A stretch of 59,811 nt of DNA, counting the filler, from Squatina squatina (taxonomy: Eukaryota), in assembly GCA_031763465.1 (NCBI GenBank). It is 3 parts of 3 records of this genome, joined end to end, with 100 filler letters (N's around TTAATTAATTAA, not from the genome) between each part and the next. Parts side by side here need not be neighbours in the genome. Positions count along the whole stretch, not along the records: positions 1 to 30,266 come from JARFOE010000092.1; positions 30,367 to 44,122 come from JARFOE010000162.1; 1 more part is not named here. The stretch is one strand, 5' to 3'. The position numbers and the translations under genes were made by a program. Shown here in pieces: positions 21,691 through 31,731 of this stretch (position 1 is the stretch's first letter; each line of letters begins with the position of its first letter). Below the pieces are notes generated by a model that ran no database searches, had not been told where the DNA came from, and saw nothing but the letters and a program-made list of their open reading frames with translations.

Positions 21691-22349
21691 TCCTCATTAA
21701 CTCTCCGATTCCAATTCACCCCGCGCACTCCACAGTCCCAGACTGGCCTCTTTCGGTCTCCAACACCGGCATGTTTGCTGTCCACAAAGTTTCATCCGAA
21801 TTGAAGGCAGCAATTCCGATTTAAACCCGTTTCATTGCTGCACTGGTCGCGCTCTCTCACCCGATCGCAGACATTTTCTCGGTTTTTCGGCTGAAATTTG
21901 AAATCAAATCAAACTTTCCGTTTAATTCGCACTTCAGGGCTGAGCGGGGGAGCAGGGCGATCCTATGACAGGGAAATCTTGGAATTTTACACAAGAGGGA
22001 CTCTGAAATCCGGCGATGAGAGCGGACACACAAACACAGTGACATTAGTCTCACCCGCCCGCCCCTTTAACACACTCTCGCTGACACAATGTTCACATCT
22101 GCACATTCACAGCACAAACTCTTCCCAGATTGACAGTTCCCAGCACAGGTTTTCCTCTCCGCTCGGCCTGTGCTGCCGATTCCCGGGGTTAGTTGTAGTT
22201 TCCCAGCTCAGTAAGTGTTAAACACTCTGAGGCCGGCGCTCCTCACAGTGTCTGTTCCCCAGATTGAGGGGCAGGAGCGAATCACAGCTGTGGCTGGCTG
22301 AACCCATATCTGGTTTTAAGTTATTATTGTATTCGCACGCAGGAATATG

Positions 22350-23985
22350 TTTGGTTAAACTGATAATAAGAGATGAAATAAGTACAGTCGGGAGAGATGA
22401 TCTCGGATCAGAAGGTGTAGAGTCCATTTGGGTGGAGATAAAAAATAACAAGGGAAGACACTGGTAGGTGTAGTGTAAAGGCCCCCAAACAGTAGTCACA
22501 CTGTAGGAGAGGGTAGAAATCGAGAAATAATTGGGGCTTGTAAAAAGAATAGTGCATTAATCATGGGCGACTTTAATCTTCATGTAGATTGGGTTAATCA
22601 AATTGGAAATGGTTGCCATGAGAATGAATTTATAGAGTGCGTTCGGGATTGTTTNNNNNNNNNNNNNNNNNNNNNNNNNNNNNNNNNNNNNNNNNNNNNN
22701 NNNNNNNNNNNNNNNNNNNNNNNNNNNNNNNNNNNNNNNNNNNNNNNNNNNNNNGGGTATGGGGAGAAAGCGGGAATATGGCGATGAGATAGAGGATCAG
22801 CCATGATCGTATTGAATGGCGGAGCAGGCTCGAAGGGCCAAATGGACTACTCCTGCTCCTATTTACTACTTCTATGTCTCAACAAAATTAGAGCACATGG
22901 AATGAGAATTGGCTAACAGACAGAAAACAGTGTAGGAGTAAACGGGTCATTTTCAGGTTGGCAGGCTATGACTAGTGGGGTACCACAGGGATTAGTGCTG
23001 GGGCCCCAGCTATTCACAATCTACATCAATGATTTGGTTGAGGGAACCAAATGTAATATTTCCAAGTTTGCTGATGACATAAAACTAGGTGGGATTGTGA
23101 GATGTGAGGATGATGCAAAGAGGCTCCAGGGGGATATGGACAGGGTCAGTGAGTGGGCAAGAACATGACAGATGGAATATAATGTGGAGAAATGTGAAGT
23201 TATCCACTTTGGTAGGAAAAACAGAAATGCAGAGTATTGTTTCAATGGTGAGAGATTGGGAAACGTTGATGTTCAAAGGGACCTGGGTGTCCTTGCTCAC
23301 GAGTCACTTAAAGCTAGTATGCAGGTGCAGATAGCAATTAGGAAAGTGAATGGTATGTTGGGCTTTATTACAAGAGGATTTGAGTACAGGAGTAAAGATG
23401 TCTCACTGCAATTGTACAGGGCCTTGGTGAGACCGCACCTGGAGTATTGTGTACAGTTTTGGTCTCCTTACCTAAGGAGAGACATACTTGCCACAGAGGG
23501 AGTACAACAAAGGTTCACTAGACTGATTCCTGGGGTGGGGGGGGATTGTCCTAATGAGAGATTGAGTACATGAGGCCTGTATTCTCTCGAGTTTAGAAGA
23601 ATGAGAGGTGATCTCATTGAAACATACAAAATTTTGACAGGATAGATACAGGGATGATGTTTCACCTGGCTGTGGGGTCTAGAACCAGGGGACGCAGTCT
23701 CAGAATAAGGAGTCAGCCTTTTAGGACTGAGATGAGAAGTTTCTTCACCTGAGAGGGTGGTGAATCTTTGAAATTCTCGACCTCAGAGGGCTGTGGAGGC
23801 TCAGTCAATGAGTACATTCAAGACAGAAACCGATAGATGTTTAGATATTAAGAGAATCAAGGAATGTGGGGATAGTGCAGGAAAATGGCATTGAGGTAGA
23901 AGACCAGCCATGATCTTGTTGAATGACAGAGCAGGCCTGAGGGGCTGGAAGGCCCACTCCTGGGCCTATTTCTTATGTTCTTACG
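22350..23985 (+). mobile_element. CR1 LINE fragments (endonuclease piece, a tail, then RT to 3' end)
   Basis: IMGDFNLHVDW (EN); TSGVPQGLVLGPQLFTIYIND..KFADD (RT); LYRALVRPHLEYCVQFWSP; CR1 tails at about 22755-22875 and 23860-23985. Confidence 0.92.
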
Positions 23986-24195
23986 TTCACCAGCAGGAGC
24001 ATGTGGAGGCCAAGCACAGGCAGCGGAAGGAGTACGCGGAAACCCGAGCATCCCACCCACTCGCCCCATCAAATACCACCTGCCCCACCTGTGGTGGAGT
24101 TTGTGAATCCAGCACAAGACTGTTACTCACCTCAGAACCCACAACTCTGGAATGGAACTAAGCCATCCTCGACCTCGAGGGACTGCCGAAGAGAG
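23986..24195 (+). mobile_element. RTE LINE 3' end
   Basis: TTCPTCGGVC zinc-finger-like C-terminus; tail catcctcgacctcgagggactgccgaaga. Confidence 0.85.
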
Positions 24196-24199
24196 ACCC

Positions 24200-24300
24200 C
24201 GGCAACCGGCCGCCATCTTAGTGAAGGAAGGTGGGACTTGTCCCCGTGCAGCCATCTTGGTCAGGGTGGAGTCAGGGCGCATGCGCGGCCCTCTCCCAGA
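24200..24300. promoter_or_regulatory. CpG-rich promoter-like segment with YY1- and NRF1-like motifs
   Basis: GCCGCCATCTT 24209-24219, GCAGCCATCTT 24248-24258, GCGCATGCGC 24277-24286. Confidence 0.5.
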
Positions 24301-24609
24301 GCAGGTGCAGCACAAGCTCTCTGCACACAGGGGCTGTAGAACTGGAGCCAAGCAGAGCAGAGGGAGGGAGAGGGGCAAAGGCCTGGTGCAGGTGGTGCAA
24401 TGGGAGGGATTCACAGCTTTGGGGAACTAGAATTGTCTGTTCTGAATTTCTGTCCTGTATTTACAGTGCTGTCTTTTGTAAACTCTTTTATAAGGTACTA
24501 GAAGGGGAGGATTTGCTGAAAGGAAACTCAAACTAAACATCACATCATGTCAATTGATTCATCAGGACCTGAAGATCACCGGCCTTGGAATGTGGAAGGA
24601 AAAATGTTT

Positions 24610-24715
24610 GATATAAAAACAGAAAATACTGGAAATACTCAGCAGTTCAGGCAGCACCTGTGGAGAGAGAAACAGAGCTCACATTTCAGGTCGATGACTT
24701 TCGTCAGAACTGCCG
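24610..24715 (-). mobile_element. Short Penelope-terminus element with a hammerhead core, flanked by a direct repeat
   Basis: Minus strand AGTT-CTGACGA-aaGTCatcGACct-GAAA; AAATGTTT duplicated at 24602-24609 and 24716-24723. Confidence 0.8.
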
Positions 24716-24963
24716 AAATGTTTTCTGTTCTGTTTGTGGGAAAAGATTTCAAACATCAGTGTGACTGGAAAAGCACCGAGACACACACACCCGAGTGAGA
24801 GTGTTCCAGTGCACTGCCCATGGGAAGAACTTTAACCAGTTACACAGCCTGAAAAAACATCGCACCATTCACAGCGGGGGGAAACCATACACGTGTTCTG
24901 TGTGTGGACGAAGCTTCAATCAATCGGCCAACCTGGAGAGACACAAGGACACGGAGAAACTAG

Positions 24964-26112
24964 GGGCACCCAATTGGTCTTTTTAACATTTGTGACTATA
25001 TGGGACCAATAGGTGTAAATTTAGCGCCCGTTTTGCACCATTATTTTAAACCGCAGAATTGGTCTCTTTAGGAAAAAAATGTTGGGCCCGATTGTAAAAA
25101 CTGGTGCTAAAAACCAGCGTTATCGGGACTAATGACACTTAGGTTTTTTCAGCAGACTAATTCTGTGACCGATCTAAGGAAGTGCTATCCAGTGTCAGGC
25201 CACCCCAGCCCTTAAAGGGGATAGTTGTGCAGACACAAGCAATGCTTAGGTCAGTCAGAGCATCGATCGTTGGTGGGCGAGGAGGGATTGTCTTATCAAC
25301 TGCTGTGCTTGGCAGACATAATCGGTCGCACCCTGGACCCTGGGGAAGTCGGCTATTTTGGCAATTCCCACAGCTCTGTCTTGCTGACCTGGAGTCTGAG
25401 GACTCGCCAATGGTGCCTCATTTGATGTCACCCTCCTGTCCGGCCTCTCGGAGGATGACGCGGGGCTGCGGCTTCTGCCACCAGTGAGGTCGAAGACTGT
25501 GGCAAGTGAAGGGGTTGCTGGACGTGCTGATGATCAACTGTTGCAACATGGTGCCTGGCACCATCTTGTTGTGAGATCATTTCTCTCTGCTGCAAAAGAA
25601 CTCCATGCCTGCACATCCGCACCCACTCCAACATTAGTGATGGCCCCCGTGGGCGAAAAGCCTGATTTTTGTAAATTTCAATAGGTGAGCCAAAAGCAGA
25701 AAATATGTTAAAAATGGCCGTTCCAAGTCCCACGCAATGAATCCAAGGCATTATCATGTCTCAAAATGGAATTCTTTGCAATAAAAATGGTGAGGCCTCA
25801 TAGACATTAAAATTGTGCCCAAAATAACGGCCAAAAAAATGAGCACAGTCACCGCCACTTTAACGCCATGGAAACGGAGCCCAATTGAACGTCGGGTGGC
25901 CAATTTTAGCGCTGAGCCCTCTGATGATGTCAGAGTCCATTTTACGGCCAGCGCTGCGTTTCTGGCGCTCCCGCATTGGAGCCCATTTAGTGCCGGCGTT
26001 AAACTGACTCCAATTTCACAATTTAAAATTTAGCCCCAAAAACGGGTGTTAGAGCTCTAACGCCCATAGTACGCCCATTTAGCGCCCGTGCTGGAGGATG
26101 AATTGGGCACCC
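24964..26112. mobile_element. Non-autonomous PIF/Harbinger DNA transposon (~1.15 kb)
   Basis: TIRs GGGCACCCAATT / rc GGGTGCCCAATT, 3-bp TAG duplication at 24961-24963 and 26113-26115, internal minus-strand remnant IAKIADFPRVQGATD at 25321-25365. Confidence 0.85.
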
Positions 26113-26863
26113 TAGGAGTGTGGAGACTGTGGGATGGGATTCAATTACCCATCTGAGATGCGAATTCATCAGATGCAGTCACACCGGGGAGAGGTCGTTC
26201 ACCTGCTTCGAGTGTGGGAAGGGATTCACTCAGTCATCCAGCCTGCAGAAACACGAGTGAGTTCACTCTGATAACAGACCTTTTTTAAAGTTCTTCTAAG
26301 GATAGGTATGAATAGATTATTACATAAAATCCAGTGCTTGACATAAATAATTGTATCAATGTTAAGCTAGAGTAACTGGGGGTTAAGTTAGGTTAAAACA
26401 CACTTCAGTCAGACACACTGCTGCTGCCATGCAGGGGTGAAGCTTGAATTTAATGCCACCATGGTGTTGGGAGGACTGCTGGGGATTATGGCCAGAGAAT
26501 CGGTTCCTTTTGTAAAGTACATTGGAAGAGATGAGGGTTTGAGAGTTAGAGAGCAGGTAATGAACATTCCTGTGTGGGAGTGTAACAAACAAACTAATAG
26601 ACATGCCCAACGAATGATAGCAGCTCCCCTCCCCACTGACCCAGCAGTTCACTTCCCCATTGAACCAGCAGGAGGGGAGAAGTGGGTGTGCGGGGAGAAG
26701 GGGGTATGGGGAGGGGTGGGGAGGATGGACGGACAAGGGAATTGTGGGTGTGGGGTCACTGCCCCTGGGTGTTGTGGGTAAGGTCCTGAGGGTGATTACA
26801 GCCCCCTGTGCTTGTTTGACAGTAAATGGCATTTGACCTCTGACTCTTCCTCTCCCCCTGAAG

Positions 26864-26972
26864 ACCCGGCTGTGACCTGCCCAGAGAAGTGGGCCCAGGA
26901 ATACCTGGAACGGATGGCAGAGGAACTGTAGCTGGGGGAACCTGAGCTGGAGCAGGGTCAGGAACAGAAATG
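26864..26972 (+). pseudogene. PEX5: Isolated PEX5-like exon with an in-frame TAG
   Basis: Pyrimidine tract plus AG, GT donor; reads (D)PAVTCPEKWAQEYLERMAEEL*LGEPELEQGQEQK(W), resembling the recalled PEX5 segment [35 protein letters not shown] with its WxxxY motif. Confidence 0.72.
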
Positions 26973-27011
26973 GTACGGAGTAGGGAGGGGGAGATTGTAA
27001 CAGTGGTAATA

Positions 27012-27162
27012 TCAGGGTAATGTAGAGGGAGCTCTGTATTGTACCTGCCCTGCGAGTGCTCGATGCTGACACTGGGTATACAGTGGGGGGTACACTGTCA
27101 GGGTAATGTAGAGGGAGCTCTGTATTGTACCTGCCCTGGGAGTGCTCGATGCTGACACTGGG
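27012..27162 (+). repeat. 86-bp tandem repeat, nearly two copies running into a gap
   Basis: tcagggtaatgtagagggagctctgtattgtacctgccct.. at 27012 and 27098. Confidence 0.9.
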
Positions 27163-27262
27163 NNNNNNNNNNNNNNNNNNNNNNNNNNNNNNNNNNNNNN
27201 NNNNNNNNNNNNNNNNNNNNNNNNNNNNNNNNNNNNNNNNNNNNNNNNNNNNNNNNNNNNNN

Positions 27263-27560
27263 GTTAATTGCATCCTGACTGAATCGTGTTGATTCTAACA
27301 GTTGGAGTTTGTTTTTGCTAATGTTTGCTAATATAACTGGGCTGAAGTTTTAATATTTTGATATTTCAAATAACAGTGTGTCGATATTTGATGTCTCCAA
27401 GATAAGAGGAGACTAATTGATGTCCTGTTACGACTGCTCCATTTTTGGGTCTTTTCTCTTTTCCAACTTCAGATTATTTCAGCTCTCACAGCTTCGGTTA
27501 CTCTATTGTAAAGTCCCAGCTCCCAATACATTCCAGAGTGCCTCTCCTAGCCTTGGTATC
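27263..27560 (+). other. Paralogous copy of the ZNF 3' UTR/flank
   Basis: Colinear with 15125-15660 (ccatttttggg..gattatttcag..aagtcccagctccc..gcctctcctagccttggta). Confidence 0.75.
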
Positions 27561-28029
27561 TAGGGAAGATATCGGTAACACATCCGGGATCGCTAAACAC
27601 AAAACCCTGTCTGGTAATCACTTTCAGCTACTGGACTTAGCATGTGCCCCACAGCATCTCTCCCATCTTCGATGTCTGAATAGAGCATCATACCTTCAAA
27701 CCTGGTTTCAATTTAAATTTGAATCTACTCAGCAAGTGTATTTTAAAATAAAACTTACAAGAAAACAGATCACATCAAACAATTGGCAAATGTTTAGAGA
27801 CAACAAGATGTACAAGTGAGCACATCACAGCCCAATAACCTAGCTCTATATTCACAAGAGAAAGTCTGCTATCTAACTCCTTGAGTGGACAGAACAGAGA
27901 AAGATCCCAACTCTAAGAACCTCTGGNNNNNNNNNNNNNNNNNNNNNNNNNNNNNNNNNNNNNNNNNNNNNNNNNNNNNNNNNNNNNNNNNNNNNNNNNN
28001 NNNNNNNNNNNNNNNNNNNNNNNNNNAGG

Positions 28030-28679
28030 GACTTTAGATTGTAGTAGGTAGTATTTGGAGTGGAATAAGGTCCCTAGCATAACTAGTATTCTTAATTAAA
28101 GGGAGTAACTAAGAAGCTTAATCTAAAGCTAAGTCATGTTAGGAGAGCTCAGCCCCATGGCATACTCCTCCTGCGCAATGTGGGAAATCAGGGAAACTTC
28201 CAGTGTCCGTGGCGACCATGTGTACAGGAAGTGTATCCAGCTGCAGCTACTGGTAAACCGCATTGCGGAGCTAGAGCTGCAGATGGATTCACTGTCGTGC
28301 ACGTGGATAGCACGTTTAGCGAGGTGGCCACACCGCAGATAAAGGCTGCACTGGCAGAAAAGGGATGGGTGACCACCAGGCAGCGTAGTAGGCGCAGGCA
28401 AGTAATGCAGGAGTCCTCTGTAGTATCTCCCTCTCAAACAGATATATCACTTTGAATACTGTTGCGGAGGATGGCCTCCCAGGGGAAAGCAGCAACAGCC
28501 AAGTTTGTGGCACCATGGATGGCTCTGCTGTACAGGAGGGGAGGAAAAAGACTGGGAGAGCTATAGTGATAGGGGATTCAATTGTGAGGGGAACAGACAG
28601 GCATTTCTGTGGCCGCAAATGAGAATCCAGGATGGTATGTTGCCTCCCTGGTGCGAGGGTCAAAGATGTCTCGGAGCGG
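28030..28679 (+). mobile_element. CR1 ORF1 remnant including the SGNH-esterase block
   Basis: SSCAMWEI..VYRKCIQLQLL..IAELELQ.. then AIVIGDSIVRGTDRHFCG..MVCCLPGARVKDVSER. Confidence 0.85.
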
Positions 28680-28779
28680 NNNNNNNNNNNNNNNNNNNNN
28701 NNNNNNNNNNNNNNNNNNNNNNNNNNNNNNNNNNNNNNNNNNNNNNNNNNNNNNNNNNNNNNNNNNNNNNNNNNNNNNN

Positions 28780-28940
28780 ACCTGCAAACCTACTTTCAAC
28801 GACTGATGTACAATGACACCCAGGTCTCGTTGCACCTCCCCTTTTCCTAATCTGTCCCCATTCAAATAATAATCTAACTTCTTGTTCTTACCACCAAAGG
28901 GGATAACCTCACATTTATCCACATTATACTGCATCTACCA
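28780..28940 (-). mobile_element. CR1 RT fragment
   Basis: MQYNVDKCEVIPFG..VQRDLGVIVHQSLK. Confidence 0.9.
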
Positions 28941-28944
28941 TGTA

Positions 28945-29495
28945 TCTGGATCGGTCACTGGATTGGACACATCAGTGCATTGGTCACATCACTGGATTGG
29001 TCACATTAATGCATGGGTCACATCACTGGATTGGTCACATCACTGCATTGGTCACATCACTGCATTGGTCAAATCACTGCATTGGTCACATTAATGCATT
29101 GGTCAAATCACTGCATTGGTCACATTACTGCGTGAGTCACATCACTGGATTGGTCACATCACTGCATTGGTCACATCACTGCATTGGTCAAATCACAGCA
29201 TTGGTCACATTACTGCATTGGTCAAATCACTGCAATGGTCACATTACTGCGTGAGTCACATCACTGGATTGGTCACATCACTGCATTGGTCACATCACTG
29301 CATTGGTCACATTACTGCGTGGGTCACATCACTGCATTGGTCAAATCACTGCGTTGATCACATCACTGCATTGGTTAAATCACTGGATTGGTCACCTCAC
29401 TGGATTTGTCACATCACTGCGTTCATCACATCATTGCCTTCGTCACATCACTGCAAGGGTCAAATCACTGTTTTGTTCACATCAGTGCATTGTTC
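28945..29495 (+). repeat. 17-bp minisatellite (GGTCACATCACTGCATT), roughly 32 units
   Basis: Directly visible; degenerates at both ends. Confidence 0.95.
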
Positions 29496-29869
29496 AGCTC
29501 TATTAATGTGCCAGGGCTTTTTCTCACGGTGCAGATAAAATATTATTTAAAAAATACTAACTGTACTTTTCTAAAATTCCACATCTGAAAAGATTTTGTC
29601 ATTCGCATATGTGATTCCTTACTTTTAGCTTTTGCTTTTTGCAGGCGCATTTATCTCCCATGCAAAATTTTTATGAATGACCTACACCTCACTTGCTGAC
29701 CCATCTTGTCACACTACAGTTACTTACAGACCTGCTATATACTTTGATTCTTTTCCTTTTTCTCCATTGTATTTCATCAACTTGAGACAGGAATCCACCT
29801 GTTCATATTACAGAGATAGGAATCAATGTGTACATCTTCAACGTGAGACAGAACTCCACCTGCATTTGA

Positions 29870-30266
29870 CCCATGTGAGACGCCAATCCACCCGAGCCTC
29901 CTCCACGTGAGCCTATAATCCATGTGGGCCTCCTCCATGTGAGCCTATAATCCACCCGGGCCTCCTCCACGTGAGCCTACAGTCCACCCGTGTCTCCTCT
30001 CCACGTGAGCCTATAATCCACCCGTGTCTCCTCCACGTGAGCCAATAATCCACCCGGGCCTCCTCCACGTGAGCCTATAATCCACCTGTGCCTCCTCCAC
30101 GTGAGCCTATAATCCTCCCGGGACTCCTCCAAGTGAGCCTATAATCCACCCGTGTCATCTCCACGTGAGCCTCTAATCCAGCGGGGCCTCCTCCATGTGA
30201 GCCGATAATCCACCCGTGTCTCCTCCACGTGAGCCTGTAATCCATCCGTGTCTCCTCCACATGAGC
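29870..30266 (+). repeat. 32-bp minisatellite (CTCCTCCACGTGAGCCTATAATCCACCCGTGT), about 12 units
   Basis: CCACGTGA recurs at 30001, 30033 and 30065; the array runs into the scaffold end. Confidence 0.95.
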
Positions 30267-30310
30267 NNNNNNNNNNNNNNNNNNNNNNNNNNNNNNNNNN
30301 NNNNNNNNNN

Positions 30311-30322
30311 TTAATTAATTAA
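30311..30322. other. Artificial six-frame-stop spacer TTAATTAATTAA in an N run
   Basis: 44 N + 12 bp + 44 N = 100 bp; same construct at 44123-44222. Confidence 0.9.
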
Positions 30323-30628
30323 NNNNNNNNNNNNNNNNNNNNNNNNNNNNNNNNNNNNNNNNNNNNGATCCACGTCCCTCCTGGAGCGCTAAACTGGAAG
30401 TTCACGTCCGCTGGAATTGGGTAGCGTCTGGCAATACCTTCGCGCCCCCCGCACCCCCAAAAGTTATCACACCAAAAGGGATGCTATGCAATTTCTAACC
30501 CAGAGCTTTTAATAAAAAAAATATTTGGGTAAAGGTGATCAGTTCATTGAAACTCTGAACTGATATGCTCAACAATAAATAATTTGTCTGGGAAAAGTTA
30601 AATTATTTTTCTGAATTGTAGTCAGATT

Positions 30629-30998
30629 GGGGCTGAATTTACAGTCGGACGCTTCCCGTGGGTGGATACCTCCAGCCATCAAAAAATCTACGCACTTACC
30701 TTCTGCCTCGGGATCCATGGAGACTTGTGGTCCTGGGCCTGTAGGCGCAGGCCTGCATAGAGGCCCACTTATCCCAGGGCACATGTGGTTCACAAGTGCC
30801 CTTGGGATCACGTGGGCTGGTCCAACTGATCAAAGAAGGGAATCCCCATTCATGCTTGTGGGGATTCGGTATGTACGGAAGGGCCCGCAGAGGCTCTTTT
30901 CCCGAGGATGCGTGTGATCTGTCAAGAGAATTCTTGACGGACGCAAGTTCCAGGTTTTAGCGAGTGCGCATGCACGGCAGGGCCGTGAATTAACAGCC
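30629..30998. mobile_element. MITE-like element (Harbinger-type termini)
   Basis: Left GGGCTGAATTTACAG, right rc GGGCTGTAATTCACG; GC-rich interior related to 46950-47160. Confidence 0.6.
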
Positions 30999-31572
30999 CG
31001 AGATGTTTTAAAAAGAGAAAATCAAAATCCTCTTTGTTTTATTGCTGTCCCCTTCCTACTTTTTAATTTCAGCATAGCACCACCCAGTGGCAGAAACCGA
31101 GTACTGCACTAACAAGTTGAGTGTTGAAATTTCACACAATGCCACTTAGTGGCAAAATTCAATAGCACAGCTGCAACCTTTTGAAGATCATCTAACTAAC
31201 TTAAAAAATGATAAACATGGAAAAGATTGCATGGGTGCATTAACAATATAATTGCTTTGATTAGCTTCTTTGCAGCAGCACTTTCATTTACCAGCCAAGA
31301 TATTTAATGGCAGGAATGACATGGGGAAATGCAAAGAATGGTTATGATATCAGGGGCTAGAAATTGTTTACCGCCACGCTGGAAACGCTGCAGCAGTGAT
31401 TAGTGCCCCAACAGCGCCCAGCATTAATAGCATCCAGGAACACTGAAATTTGTTTGAATTTATAACTTGGCCCAACTACAAGTACAAATCATGCATTAGT
31501 TCATAAATTTTCACTTAAATCAATGGCCACACACTCAAGCTTCAGTACAGGCAAATAGCATTTTCCTCCTAC

Positions 31573-31731
31573 CTTCCTTTGCAAGGTTGGTCAGATGTGT
31601 TCCCAGCTGAGTAATATTGTACTTTTTCACGTAGTTGAAAAACTGGAAGACTGTCACCACTTCCTCTGAGACATTCGGACACACCAGTAATTCACAACAG
31701 CTGACAATCTGGTGCAAAAGTGTTCTGAATA
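31573..31731 (-). CDS. RIPOR3: RIPOR3/FAM65C exon (C-terminal region)
   Basis: AG/GT bounded, 159 nt, phase 1-1; (V)FRTLLHQIVSCCELL..EEVVTVFQFFNYVKKYNITQLGTHLTNLAKE. Confidence 0.85.

Larger units (their letters stand above)
24590..26285 (+). pseudogene. C2H2 zinc-finger pseudogene interrupted by two insertions
   Basis: Degenerate fingers at 24716-24960 (CSVCGRSFNQSANLERH) resume at 26116 ([11 protein letters not shown]..; [18 protein letters not shown]); stops and frameshifts. Confidence 0.85.

Noticed and set aside
28940-30266. Repeat arrays as CRISPR arrays or His/Trp-rich ORFs
   Set aside because: Head-to-tail minisatellites with no unique spacers and no cas genes, in eukaryotic DNA.
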